Shown here piece after piece: positions 20,946 to 30,074 of a stretch of 64,000 nucleotides of DNA. This stretch comes from Thermoanaerobaculia bacterium. GTDB taxonomy: Bacteria > Acidobacteriota > Thermoanaerobaculia > UBA5066. The notes under the pieces are model-generated. The model saw only the letters and a list, made by a program, of their open reading frames with translations. It had not been told where the DNA came from and searched no databases. Every line of letters starts with the position of its first letter. Within the stretch, counting starts at the first letter, position 1. A program made the position numbers and the translations under genes. Where the stretch lies: contig CAWFJJ010000024.1 in NCBI GenBank assembly GCA_963816185.1, positions 256,001-320,000 on the forward strand. Reading direction: 5' to 3'.

Positions 20946-21751
20946 CTCGCATCGGGCGGGCCTTCGCGAAAGCGAAGGCGTCGGGGCGCGCGGCGCTCGT
21001 CATCTTCGTGGAGGCCGGTGATCCGAACCTCGCGACGACCCGGCGGCTCCTGCCAGCGCTCGCCGCGTCCGGGGCCGACGTGCTCGAGCTCGGAATTCCT
21101 TTCAGCGATCCTCTCGCCGACGGTCCCGTCATCCAGCGCGCGAGCGAGCGCGCTCTCGCGTCTGGGACGACTCTTCAGGCGGCCCTCGCCCTGCTCGCCG
21201 AGCTGCGCGCGGCGCGCTTCAGCGCGCCGGTCGTGGTCTTCAGCTACGCGAACCCGATCCTCGCGATGGGCGAGGCGGAGTTCGCCCACCGCGCGGCCGA
21301 GGCCGGCGCGGACGGCGTGCTCGTCACGGACCTCCCGCCGGAGGAAGGGCGAGGGTTCGCGTCGATCCTGAAGAGCGCGAAGCTCGATCCCGTCTACCTC
21401 GTCGCGCCCACGTCGCCCGACGAGCGCATCCGCCGGGCGGGTTCGCTGTCACGTGGATTCCTGTATGTCGTGTCGCGCGCGGGCATCACGGGGACCCGCA
21501 CGGAGCTTCCCGAAGGGCTCGCGGCGCTCGTCGGACGCGTTCGAAAGCACGCGCCGCGCCTTCCGGTCGCCGTCGGCTTCGGCCTCTCGACGCCCGGGCA
21601 GGTGCGGACGGTCGCGGCACTCGCGGATGGAGTCGTCGTGGGAAGCGCGATCGTGACCGCGATGGAGGAGGCGATCCAGGAGGGCCGGGATCCCGTCGAA
21701 GCGGGCGCCGGGCTCGTACGAGTTCTCTCGGCCGCGACGAAGAAAGGTTGA
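20942..21751 (+). CDS. trpA: Tryptophan synthase alpha chain
   Basis: [26 protein letters not shown] and ADGVVVGSA motifs. Confidence 0.98.
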   Translation: MTRIGRAFAKAKASGRAALVIFVEAGDPNLATTRRLLPALAASGADVLELGIPFSDPLADGPVIQRASERALASGTTLQAALALLAELRAARFSAPVVVFSYANPILAMGEAEFAHRAAEAGADGVLVTDLPPEEGRGFASILKSAKLDPVYLVAPTSPDERIRRAGSLSRGFLYVVSRAGITGTRTELPEGLAALVGRVRKHAPRLPVAVGFGLSTPGQVRTVAALADGVVVGSAIVTAMEEAIQEGRDPVEAGAGLVRVLSAATKKG

Positions 21752-21752
21752 C

Positions 21753-22517
21753 GTGTCCGGGGGCGGAACGGACCTGCCCGCCCGGATCTCGAAGGCGGAC
21801 CGCTCGACGCTCGTGTCGCTCATCGCCGACAACCTCTCCCGTCTGACGGAGCGCGATGCGCTGCAGGCCCTCCGGCATCCGCACGCCTCGGAGGCGATGA
21901 TCGAGGAGATCGTCTCCTCGAAGACGCTCCTCGCGTTCCGAGGCGTCAGGCGCCTCGTCGCCGCTCATCCCCTGACGCCGCGGCACGCGGCGCTTCGATG
22001 CCTCGAGGATCTGCTTTGGCGCGATCTTCTCGACATCGGCCGCGAGCCGCGCACGCCGCCGCCCGTGCGCGTTGCGGCGAACCGGAAGCTCGAGGATGCG
22101 CTCCGGTTTCTCGCGGTGGGTGAGAGGGTGGCCGTGGCGCGGTTCGCGACTTCCGTGCTCTTTCCGGCGCTCCTCGACGATACGGACCAGCGCGTGCTCG
22201 AGGCGGTTCTCGCGAACTCGCGGCTCACGCCCGAGGATCTGCTCCGCTGGCTCGCGACCGGGCATCCCCGGCCCGAAGACCTGGCGTTCCTCGCGCGCGA
22301 CGCGCGTTGGACGAGCCGACCCTCTGTCCGGATCGCCCTTCTGACGCATCGCCTGACGCCCCGCGCCGCGTCGCTTTCGCTTCTGACGTCGGCATCGCGG
22401 GGGGAATGGAAGAGGCTCGCCGAGGATCCCTCGGCGGACGCGCTCCTGGCGGCCTGTGCTCGCGAGCTGCTCGAAAAAGGCCCGAATTCCGTTGACAGGG
22501 GCGGTAAGTCACCATAG
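21753..22517 (+). CDS. Hypothetical alpha-helical repeat protein
   Basis: 254 aa ORF starting just after trpA; recurring L-x-H/N-P helical motifs. Confidence 0.7.
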   Translation: MSGGGTDLPARISKADRSTLVSLIADNLSRLTERDALQALRHPHASEAMIEEIVSSKTLLAFRGVRRLVAAHPLTPRHAALRCLEDLLWRDLLDIGREPRTPPPVRVAANRKLEDALRFLAVGERVAVARFATSVLFPALLDDTDQRVLEAVLANSRLTPEDLLRWLATGHPRPEDLAFLARDARWTSRPSVRIALLTHRLTPRAASLSLLTSASRGEWKRLAEDPSADALLAACARELLEKGPNSVDRGGKSP

Positions 22518-22540
22518 CCTAAAGCGTTACGGGGAACCGG

Positions 22541-23359
22541 GTGACTGCCGAGACGGCCCAGGAGTTCGGCGAAGAGCTTCGCCGGGAACGCGAATTACGC
22601 GACGTGAGCCGGGAACAGCTCGCGTCGGCGACAAAGGTCTCGATGCGGCACATCGCCGCGCTCGAAGCGGGCCGCTATGAGCAGCTTCCCGCCGGCGTTT
22701 TCTCGAAGGGCTTCGTCCGCGTGATCGCTCTGCATCTCGGCCTCGATGCGGAGCGCTCGGTCACGGCGTTCCGGCACGTTCACGCGAGCTGGGAGGCTGA
22801 ATGTGCGCGGCGTCAGCACCAGGCGACGACGAGCACGGCCGGACTTCGCCTCTCTCAGCCGCGTCGTTCGGTATCGTCCTCGACGACCTTGAGGGGCATC
22901 GCGATCGCGCTCGCGCTCGCGGTCGTGACCGGCGCCGCGGCCTTCCTGCGGTCCCGCGGAACCGATCGCCGGACGTCGGAGACGTCGACGGCCCCGGCGG
23001 CCCGCGCGGAGAGCGGTCCCGCGTCCCTCGCGCTTCCCCCCGCGGTCGCGGCCGCCACGGTGGCCCTGCCGGCCGGCGCCACGCTGCCGGGCGCCGTTTC
23101 TCCTGCGGCCGCCTCGAGAGGTCGGACGCTCACGCTCAGCTTCCGCGACGACTGCTGGGCCGAAGTTCTCGTCGACGGGAGGCTCGTCGTGCGCGGGCTC
23201 TTCCCAAAAGGGTCGCGGCGTGAGTTCTCGAATGGCGGGACGTTCACGCTCACGCTCGGAAACGCGGGGGCCGTCGACGTCGTCGTGGACGGGAGGCCCC
23301 TCGGCACGCTGGGCGCCGAGCACGAAATCGTGAAGAATTACGTGATCGACGCGACCTGA
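22541..23359 (+). CDS. RodZ-like protein (XRE HTH, TM, DUF4115-like)
   Basis: GEELRRERE...ALEAG...LP..VFSKGFV HTH, one TM segment, C-terminal CWAEV...LGNAGAV. Confidence 0.85.
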   Translation: MTAETAQEFGEELRRERELRDVSREQLASATKVSMRHIAALEAGRYEQLPAGVFSKGFVRVIALHLGLDAERSVTAFRHVHASWEAECARRQHQATTSTAGLRLSQPRRSVSSSTTLRGIAIALALAVVTGAAAFLRSRGTDRRTSETSTAPAARAESGPASLALPPAVAAATVALPAGATLPGAVSPAAASRGRTLTLSFRDDCWAEVLVDGRLVVRGLFPKGSRREFSNGGTFTLTLGNAGAVDVVVDGRPLGTLGAEHEIVKNYVIDAT

Positions 23360-23406
23360 AGCTCTGAACCGGGAAAGTCCGCTGGCGCTCGGTTAAGCTC
23401 GGGCTC

Positions 23407-24429
23407 GTGGCCGACGTCGCGCCGGAAGGCGATCTCCTCACCCAGATCGAGCGAGGCGATGCCTCGCGCCAGATCCTCGAATTCGCCGCCCGGGGAATGG
23501 TCCCTCTGCCGCCCGACGAGCTCGTCCGGGCCGTTGCGAGCATCCTGGCGTCCGGGGATAAGGTCCTCGCGCCGATCGCCGAGGAGTCCTTCAAGGCGTT
23601 CGACACAGGTTCCCTGAAGGAGGCCGTGCTGAGCGCGGGGGTGAGGCCCGAGCAGCTCGCCGTCGTGGCGAGACGGACGCACGAAGCGTTGGTGCTCGAG
23701 CCCCTCATCCGGCACAAGGCGGTCCCGGACGAGACCCTCGCGTGGCTCGCCGAGCGCGTCGAAGCACCGCTCCAGGACATCCTCGTCACCAACCAGACGC
23801 GGCTCATTGCGGCCCCGGTCATCGTCGAGCGTCTCTTCGAGAACCCGAAACTCTCGCCCGAGATCCGGCGCCGGGCGGACGAATTCCTCGAGGAGTTCTT
23901 CCTCAAGAAAGAGCGCGAGAGGGACGAAGGCAAGGATCTCGAAGAGGCGATCGAGGAGGCGCCCTCCGCCGTGGCTCCGGACGTGGCCGTGGATGAGGCG
24001 GGGCTCAGCGAGGACCAGAAAAGGAGCCTCTTCGCCCGGGTCTCGACGATGTCCGTGGTCGACAGAATCCGCCTCGCTTACCGCGGCAACAAGGAGGAGC
24101 GGATGTTCCTCGTGCAGGACCGCAACCGTCTCGTCTCCTCCGCGGTGCTGAAGTCGCCGAAAACGCGGGATGCGGATGCCGAGACGATCGCCAACATGAA
24201 GAGCGTCTCGGAGGACGTCCTTCGGACGATCACGTTCCGGCGGGACTGGATGCGCCACTACGGAATCATGAGGGCCATCGTGAGGAATCCACGCTCGCCG
24301 ATCGACATCACCCTTTCGCTCGTCATGCGCCTCAGCGCCAAGGATCAGAAGACCCTCGCCGGCGACCGGAACGTGCCCGATGCGGTCCGGTCCACCGCGC
24401 GGCGAGAGGTTGCCCGCAAGGAGTCGTGA
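23407..24429 (+). CDS. Conserved hypothetical helical-repeat protein
   Basis: 340 aa with codon usage like flanking genes; repeated NP motifs (ENPKL, KSPK, RNPRSP). Confidence 0.75.
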   Translation: MADVAPEGDLLTQIERGDASRQILEFAARGMVPLPPDELVRAVASILASGDKVLAPIAEESFKAFDTGSLKEAVLSAGVRPEQLAVVARRTHEALVLEPLIRHKAVPDETLAWLAERVEAPLQDILVTNQTRLIAAPVIVERLFENPKLSPEIRRRADEFLEEFFLKKERERDEGKDLEEAIEEAPSAVAPDVAVDEAGLSEDQKRSLFARVSTMSVVDRIRLAYRGNKEERMFLVQDRNRLVSSAVLKSPKTRDADAETIANMKSVSEDVLRTITFRRDWMRHYGIMRAIVRNPRSPIDITLSLVMRLSAKDQKTLAGDRNVPDAVRSTARREVARKES

Positions 24430-24528
24430 GCCCGCGCACGGTCGGTTGGAATTTCGGCCCCCCGGTGTGAGAATCTGACCCGTGCCGACAACCCGGGTCG
24501 TGCGGGCAGGGCGCCCTGCGAGGTCCTT

Positions 24529-25185
24529 TTGACGAATTATTACGACGTGCTCGGAGTTCATCGCGACGCTTCCGAATCGGAAGTCCGCGAGAAGTTCCGC
24601 CTCCTCGCCCGCGAGTACCATCCCGACCGGTTTCGCGACGCCGGCGAGAAGAAGTCGGCGGAAGAGCGCTTCCAGGTCCTGACAGAGGCGATGAACGTTC
24701 TCACGAACCCAATGCGGCGTAAGGCCCACGACCTCGAGCTCGAGAAGAACCGGCCCATCTCCCAGGACCCTGCTGCGCAGGCGCGCGTCTACCTTGCCAA
24801 GGGCGTCAAGGCATACCGGGAGGGAAACTTCCCCGAGGCCATCACTCAGTTCGACCTGTCCGTGAAGCACTACGACAAGGACGCCAAGGCTCAGCATTAC
24901 CTCGCGCTCGCTTGCATGAAGGTGATCGGCCAGGTGCGCAGGGGCGTGGACGCCATCGAGGCCGCGATCCGGCTCGACGCCAACAATGCCCTGTTCCACC
25001 GCGATGCCGGAAAACTGTACATGCAGGCTGGCCTGAACTCGAAAGCCGAGCGCCACCTCGAGGAGGCTCTCGCGTGGATTCCCGAGGACGCCGAGACCCT
25101 GAAGCTGCTTCAGGAGGTGCGCCCGAAGAAGGGGCTCAGCGGAGAACGCAAGACCCCGAGCGGTATCTTCGGGCGGAAGGGATAA
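24529..25185 (+). CDS. J-domain (DnaJ) protein with TPR repeats
   Basis: NYYDVLGV and YHPD motifs followed by TPR-like helices. Confidence 0.9.
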   Translation: MTNYYDVLGVHRDASESEVREKFRLLAREYHPDRFRDAGEKKSAEERFQVLTEAMNVLTNPMRRKAHDLELEKNRPISQDPAAQARVYLAKGVKAYREGNFPEAITQFDLSVKHYDKDAKAQHYLALACMKVIGQVRRGVDAIEAAIRLDANNALFHRDAGKLYMQAGLNSKAERHLEEALAWIPEDAETLKLLQEVRPKKGLSGERKTPSGIFGRKG

Positions 25186-25192
25186 TCGCGGC

Positions 25193-26092
25193 GTGAGCGT
25201 CTCAGCATACGGACTCACCGATGTCGGACGGAAGAGACGTCACAACGAGGATGCCTACCTCCTCGACGCCGAACGCGGCCTTTTCGTGGTCGCGGACGGC
25301 ATGGGCGGACACGCCGCGGGTGAAGTTGCCTCGCGGATCACCGTCGAATCGATTCAGGAGTACATCGCCGCCACCGAGGAGGAGCACGAGAGCTCGTGGC
25401 CCTTCGGCTTCAACAGCCGGGTCTCGCTCGAAGGAAACCGTCTCACGACGGCCGTCGAGAAGGCGAACGAGAAGGTCATGCGGGCGGTGCAGAACAGGCC
25501 CGAGCTGAAAGGCATGGGCACGACCGTCGTCGCGGCTCTCTTCGACGCCGACCGCGCGACGCTCGTGCACGTGGGCGACAGCCGCGCCTACCTCTTTCGC
25601 GATGGAGAGCTTCGGCGTCTCACGGACGACCACTCGTGGGTTCAGGAACAGGTCAACGCCGGCATCCTCAGCGAGGACGAAGCCAAGAGCCACCCCCTCA
25701 AGAACGTCGTGACGCGCGCGCTCGGCGGCGCGACGCACGTTTCCGTCGACCTCATCGAGGTTCCGGTGCGTTCGGGCGACCGCTTCCTCCTGTGCTCCGA
25801 CGGCCTGACAGGCATGGTCCCCGACGAGGATCTCTTCGCCCGCTTCAAGTCCGAAGACGGACTCGAAAAGACCGTACGACAGCTCATCGACGTTGCGAAT
25901 GACCGCGGCGGCGTGGACAACATAACGGCAATCCTCGTCGAGGTCGCGGGAGATCCGGCGGCCAAGGACGGAGGCCGCGCCGGCAGCGAGGCGATCCGGC
26001 GACAGATCGTGACCTCGGGCGAGAGCACGGCGGTCAACGCCGAGGCTCCGGGAACCCCCTCACCCGACTCCGACTCCAAACCCCAGAGCTGA
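25193..26092 (+). CDS. PP2C-type Ser/Thr phosphatase (Stp1/PrpC family)
   Basis: TDVGRKR-NED, VADGMGGH, MGTT, HVGDSR, LCSDGL and GGVDNIT motifs. Confidence 0.95.
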   Translation: MSVSAYGLTDVGRKRRHNEDAYLLDAERGLFVVADGMGGHAAGEVASRITVESIQEYIAATEEEHESSWPFGFNSRVSLEGNRLTTAVEKANEKVMRAVQNRPELKGMGTTVVAALFDADRATLVHVGDSRAYLFRDGELRRLTDDHSWVQEQVNAGILSEDEAKSHPLKNVVTRALGGATHVSVDLIEVPVRSGDRFLLCSDGLTGMVPDEDLFARFKSEDGLEKTVRQLIDVANDRGGVDNITAILVEVAGDPAAKDGGRAGSEAIRRQIVTSGESTAVNAEAPGTPSPDSDSKPQS

Positions 26093-27546
26093 TGCGGGGA
26101 GCGGCACGTCTCGGTGCGGTCCTTTTCCTGTCTTCTGTCACGCTGCTTCCCTGCGTTCCGGCGACCTCGAGCGTCCTGGAGGAGGCGTCGGACGCCGCGG
26201 CTGCGCGGCGGCGCACGGAGATCCTCCGCTCGCCTTACACCCGCCCCGTCGAGCGCCGCGTGCTGCGGGGCGGAGAGCTGCTCGTGAGCTTCGACGCAGG
26301 GGTCCCTGCTGTGCTTCGCGACGAGCTGTCCCTCGATCTCAACGCGTTCGTCTCGACTCTCGTGGATCGGGACGGCTGGCCGCGCCCGCTCTCCGCCCGA
26401 TCGCCCCTGCTCGTCCTGTTCACGGCGGGACCGGGCGTCACGGCCGCGGGCTGGGACGGCCGGGATCGCAACGGTACGCTGCGCTCGCCGGTCATCCTCG
26501 TCGCCTCCGCGACACGCGCGAATGGCGCCGCGCTCGCCGACGCGGCCGCCCAGGTTGCCCTCCTGTCGCTGCGGCAGGCGGCTCCCGTCGAGCCGTCATG
26601 GGCCGTGGAGGGCGTCGCCGCCTGGCTTTGGCGCCGCGACCTCGGGCCCGACCTTTCTCGTGTCCCGACTTCCGATCCGCTCCTCGAGGAAGCCGGCGAC
26701 TTGACGACGCCGGACGTCCTCGCGGCCTTCCTCGTGGCTCTCGAGAGCCGCCTCCCGAAGGGTTCCCAGGACGTGCGTGAGGCCTGGGAGCAGGCGGGGG
26801 AGCGCGGAGACGACGCGGACGCTTTTCTTCGCGACCTGGCCAAGAGGAGCGGCTCCGCGAGCCTCGGCGCTCGCGTGGCCGAGATCGTCGCCTCGCATCT
26901 CGGTGCGTCCAGCAGGCGTCGAAGCGATTCGCCGGCGGTCGCCCGGAGAATCTGGCTCTCCGGAGACGTCGTTCCGGCGGCGCCCGCGCCGCTCGGCTGG
27001 AGGCGGGTCTCCCTGCGTACCGAGGACGAGCGGGCCGGGCTGGAAATCGCGCTCCCCGATGCGGGAATGCACGCAGCGAGGCTTCTTCTCTTCTACCGCG
27101 GGGACGCCGGCTTCGACTCCCTGCCGGTCCTTCCGGGTACCGCGCGCGTCGTCCCGGCCGCGGGGACCTCGAGCGTCGAGGTCGTGCTCGCCGACGGTGA
27201 CGGAGCTCCCGAGGCGCGCTTCCACGTGAGTCGCGTGCCGGACTATCCGGCGGCGCTTGCGAGCTCGCGGGCCGGCTGGACGAGCGGCGGCGTCGAGATC
27301 GCCTGGGAGACGTCCCGGCACGAGGATCTTCTCGGCTGGGTCGTGGAACGTCGCGACGAAACGGACGGCGACGCGGCCCTCGAACGCAGCACCCTTCCCG
27401 CAACGAAGTCCTCCGAGGGCGCGACGGGCTACGTCTGGCTCGACCGAGACGCGGCTCCGGGCCGTCGCTACCGCTACCGCGTCCTCGCGCTCACCGAAGA
27501 CGGCCTCCTCGGCGAGGCGTTCGAATCGTCGGTGGAGACGAGATAG
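26092..27546 (+). CDS. Hypothetical exported protein with C-terminal FN3/Ig-like segment
   Basis: Signal-like N-terminus; C-terminal W-x-T...Y-x-W-x-D...YRYRV pattern. Confidence 0.65.
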   Translation: MRGAARLGAVLFLSSVTLLPCVPATSSVLEEASDAAAARRRTEILRSPYTRPVERRVLRGGELLVSFDAGVPAVLRDELSLDLNAFVSTLVDRDGWPRPLSARSPLLVLFTAGPGVTAAGWDGRDRNGTLRSPVILVASATRANGAALADAAAQVALLSLRQAAPVEPSWAVEGVAAWLWRRDLGPDLSRVPTSDPLLEEAGDLTTPDVLAAFLVALESRLPKGSQDVREAWEQAGERGDDADAFLRDLAKRSGSASLGARVAEIVASHLGASSRRRSDSPAVARRIWLSGDVVPAAPAPLGWRRVSLRTEDERAGLEIALPDAGMHAARLLLFYRGDAGFDSLPVLPGTARVVPAAGTSSVEVVLADGDGAPEARFHVSRVPDYPAALASSRAGWTSGGVEIAWETSRHEDLLGWVVERRDETDGDAALERSTLPATKSSEGATGYVWLDRDAAPGRRYRYRVLALTEDGLLGEAFESSVETR

Positions 27547-30013
27547 CGTCTTCTCGACTGCCGGAAACGGGCAGCTCTCCCCCTCTTACCCTTTCGAAGA
27601 AATCCTTGGTTCTTCCTCCCACGTCCAGACACGCGAGCTCGCCGGGCTCGTCGAGGTACCAGTCGGAGGGCAGGTAGCGGCTGTACGGGGCCTGCAGGAA
27701 GCGCCGGCAGGCGAGGACGACGACGCCCGTGTCGGTGCCCGAGCGAATGAGGCGCCCCGCGCTCTGCACGACGCGCGTCATGCCGGGGATGACGTACGCG
27801 TACTCGAAACCGCGCTCGAACCGCTCCTCGAAGTAGCGGCGCATGCGCTCCTGCTCGAAGCGGACCATGGGCAGACCGGGCGAGACGACGACGACGGCCT
27901 GAAGCATCTCGCCCGGGTAGTCGACGCCCTCGGCGAACGCGCCTCCCGATACGGCGAAGACGACGACGGGCGCTCCGCCGTCCTTCATCGCCGCGAGGAC
28001 GGAGTTCCGCTCCAGCTCGGTCGATCGATCGGACGGCCTGAGAACGCGGCGCCCGGCCAGCGCGGGCAGGTGGGCGCGCACCTCGTCGAGAAAGCGGTAC
28101 GACGGGAAGAGCGCCAGCATGTTGCCCGGGCACGCGCGCGCCACGTCCGCGACGAGGGCCGCGAGGCGCGGGGCGCCGCGCCCGCGCGCCGCGTACGTGG
28201 TATCCACGTCCGGCGCGACGAGGACGGAGCGGTTCTCGCGCGGAAAGGGCGAGGGAAGGCGGAGGACCGACGTGCGGTCGGGGTCGAGGCCGAGGAGATC
28301 GCGGTAGAACTCGGGCGGAGAGAGCGTGGCGGACATCGAGACCGTGGCGGCCGCCGCGTTCAGGGTCTCGCCGAGGAGCTTCGAGGGATCCTTGCAGAGG
28401 ATCGCGAGCCGCGCGCCGCCCCTGCCGCGCGCCGCGAGGACGTCGAAGGGCCCCTCGGACATGGCACGGCCTGGCGGGGGCACGAATTTTGACACGTCGT
28501 GAAACCGCGCAAACGAGAAGTAGAGGTCGAGAACGGGATCGTCGGGCACACGCTCGCCGCCGGCGCGCAGGTCCGCGAGGTGGCGCACGAGAAGGGACTC
28601 GAAGTCGAGGCGCAAGTCGTCGAGACGCGCATCGTCCAGGGCCACGAGATCGACGGGCTCGCTCTCGTCCTGGGGAAGGACGGCGGCCGCGTCCGCGACG
28701 AGCTTGCGCAGACGCCGCGCGGCCTCGCCCGCGTCCCAGGCCGTCTTCGCGTTCGAGACGCCGATGCGCTCCTCGAGCGATGCCAGGGAAGAGTCGGAGA
28801 GCTCGGGCGAGTAGTAGCCGCGTCCGCGGTCCACGAGGTTGTGAGCCTCGTCGACGAGGAGGATCGATTCGGAGAGCACGGAGGGGTCGCGCGCGCCTGC
28901 AAGCGCGACCACCGGGTCGAAGACGTAGTTGTAGTCGCCGAGAACGACGTCGGCCTGCTCGGCGAGCTCGAGGGAAACTTCGAAGGGGCAGACGGTCTCG
29001 TTGCGGGCGGCCTCGAAGACGGTGTCCGGGTCGAGGTGGCGGTGTCTCTCGAGGAGCCGGTCGAGGAGGCCCGAAGCCTCCATCTTGGCGCCGTAGTCCT
29101 TCGCGTACGGGCAGTGGTTCTCGTGGCACAGCACGACGTCGTTTGCGCACATGCGCTCTTTCGCGCGGAGCCTGACGGACCGAAAGGACTCGCCGTCGAT
29201 CGCGGCCAGGGTCTTTTCGTAGATCTCCTGCTGCGTCGTCTTCGCCGTGAGGACGAAGAGGCGGCGGTGCGACTCGAGAGCGCCGACGAGAAGGGGATGG
29301 AGTGCGGCGGCCGTCTTCCCGATGCCGGTCGGGGCCTCGACCAGGAGATGCTCGCCGTGTGCGACCGCACGCGCGACGGCGGAAGCCATCTCTCGCTGGC
29401 CGGTCCGGAAGCGCGCGTGCGGGAAGGCGAGCGTCGCGGCCTCGGCGGCTTTCGCCTCGGCAAGGGCCCGTTCCTCGAGGAACGCGTCCAGAAGCATCCG
29501 CGTACGGTCCACGAGGTCCTCGAGGGTCTTCTCAGGCTCATGCGACACGTCGAGGACCTTCGTCGCGCCCGTCTCGATGTCCGCGAGAATGAGGCGCCCG
29601 TGAACGGCGCGCCCTTCGGCAGCGGCGACGGCCTGCATGTACCAGCGAAGCTGGAGCCGAAAGCGCTCGAGGCGCGGGGATCCGGGAAGCTTCGCGAGAT
29701 CCTCGGCGAAATGGAGCGACTTGACCTCGTCCACGACGACCCGACCGCCCTCCTCGAAGCGGCCGTCGAGCCGCCCTTCGAGCACTGCGGTGAAGTCGTC
29801 CACCGCGTAGGAGAGCCGAATCGCTTTCTCGACCTCGTAGCCGGGCACGCTCGCGAGGCTCTCACCGAGCACGCGCCGGTGCACCGCCTGGCCGATCCAG
29901 AGTCGCTCGAAGCCCTCGCCCCGGTCGAAGCCGGCCCGTCGCGCGACGCCGCCGAGAAGGGTCCCGGGGGAAACCGCGATCGTCTTCGCCGCGAGGTCGA
30001 CCGTGAGCGCCAC
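27491..30013 (-). CDS. Rad3/XPD/DinG-family Fe-S helicase with N-terminal PD-(D/E)XK nuclease-like domain
   Basis: EAPTGIGKT, Cys cluster (C-ANDVVL-C-HENH-C...CPF), VDEAHN, SAT, QSAGRLIR; N-terminal EGRLDG-DEVKS-QL-Y. Confidence 0.9.
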   Translation of the reverse strand: MALTVDLAAKTIAVSPGTLLGGVARRAGFDRGEGFERLWIGQAVHRRVLGESLASVPGYEVEKAIRLSYAVDDFTAVLEGRLDGRFEEGGRVVVDEVKSLHFAEDLAKLPGSPRLERFRLQLRWYMQAVAAAEGRAVHGRLILADIETGATKVLDVSHEPEKTLEDLVDRTRMLLDAFLEERALAEAKAAEAATLAFPHARFRTGQREMASAVARAVAHGEHLLVEAPTGIGKTAAALHPLLVGALESHRRLFVLTAKTTQQEIYEKTLAAIDGESFRSVRLRAKERMCANDVVLCHENHCPYAKDYGAKMEASGLLDRLLERHRHLDPDTVFEAARNETVCPFEVSLELAEQADVVLGDYNYVFDPVVALAGARDPSVLSESILLVDEAHNLVDRGRGYYSPELSDSSLASLEERIGVSNAKTAWDAGEAARRLRKLVADAAAVLPQDESEPVDLVALDDARLDDLRLDFESLLVRHLADLRAGGERVPDDPVLDLYFSFARFHDVSKFVPPPGRAMSEGPFDVLAARGRGGARLAILCKDPSKLLGETLNAAAATVSMSATLSPPEFYRDLLGLDPDRTSVLRLPSPFPRENRSVLVAPDVDTTYAARGRGAPRLAALVADVARACPGNMLALFPSYRFLDEVRAHLPALAGRRVLRPSDRSTELERNSVLAAMKDGGAPVVVFAVSGGAFAEGVDYPGEMLQAVVVVSPGLPMVRFEQERMRRYFEERFERGFEYAYVIPGMTRVVQSAGRLIRSGTDTGVVVLACRRFLQAPYSRYLPSDWYLDEPGELACLDVGGRTKDFFERVRGGELPVSGSREDAISSPPTIRTPRRGGRLR
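27593..27601. repeat. Single motif copy near the helicase 3' end
   Basis: Minus strand reads AAGGATTTCTTCGAAAGGGTAAGAGGGGGAG, nearly identical to the 18118 copy. Confidence 0.75.
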
Positions 30014-30074
30014 GGCCGATTGTAGGGCGGCTTCCCACTATCCCGGCGGGCGTTGTTCAGGTAAAATGTATTCG

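Noticed and set aside
27491-30013. CasDinG / type IV CRISPR or Cas4 system
   Set aside because: No cas genes or repeat array in the window; neighbours are housekeeping genes
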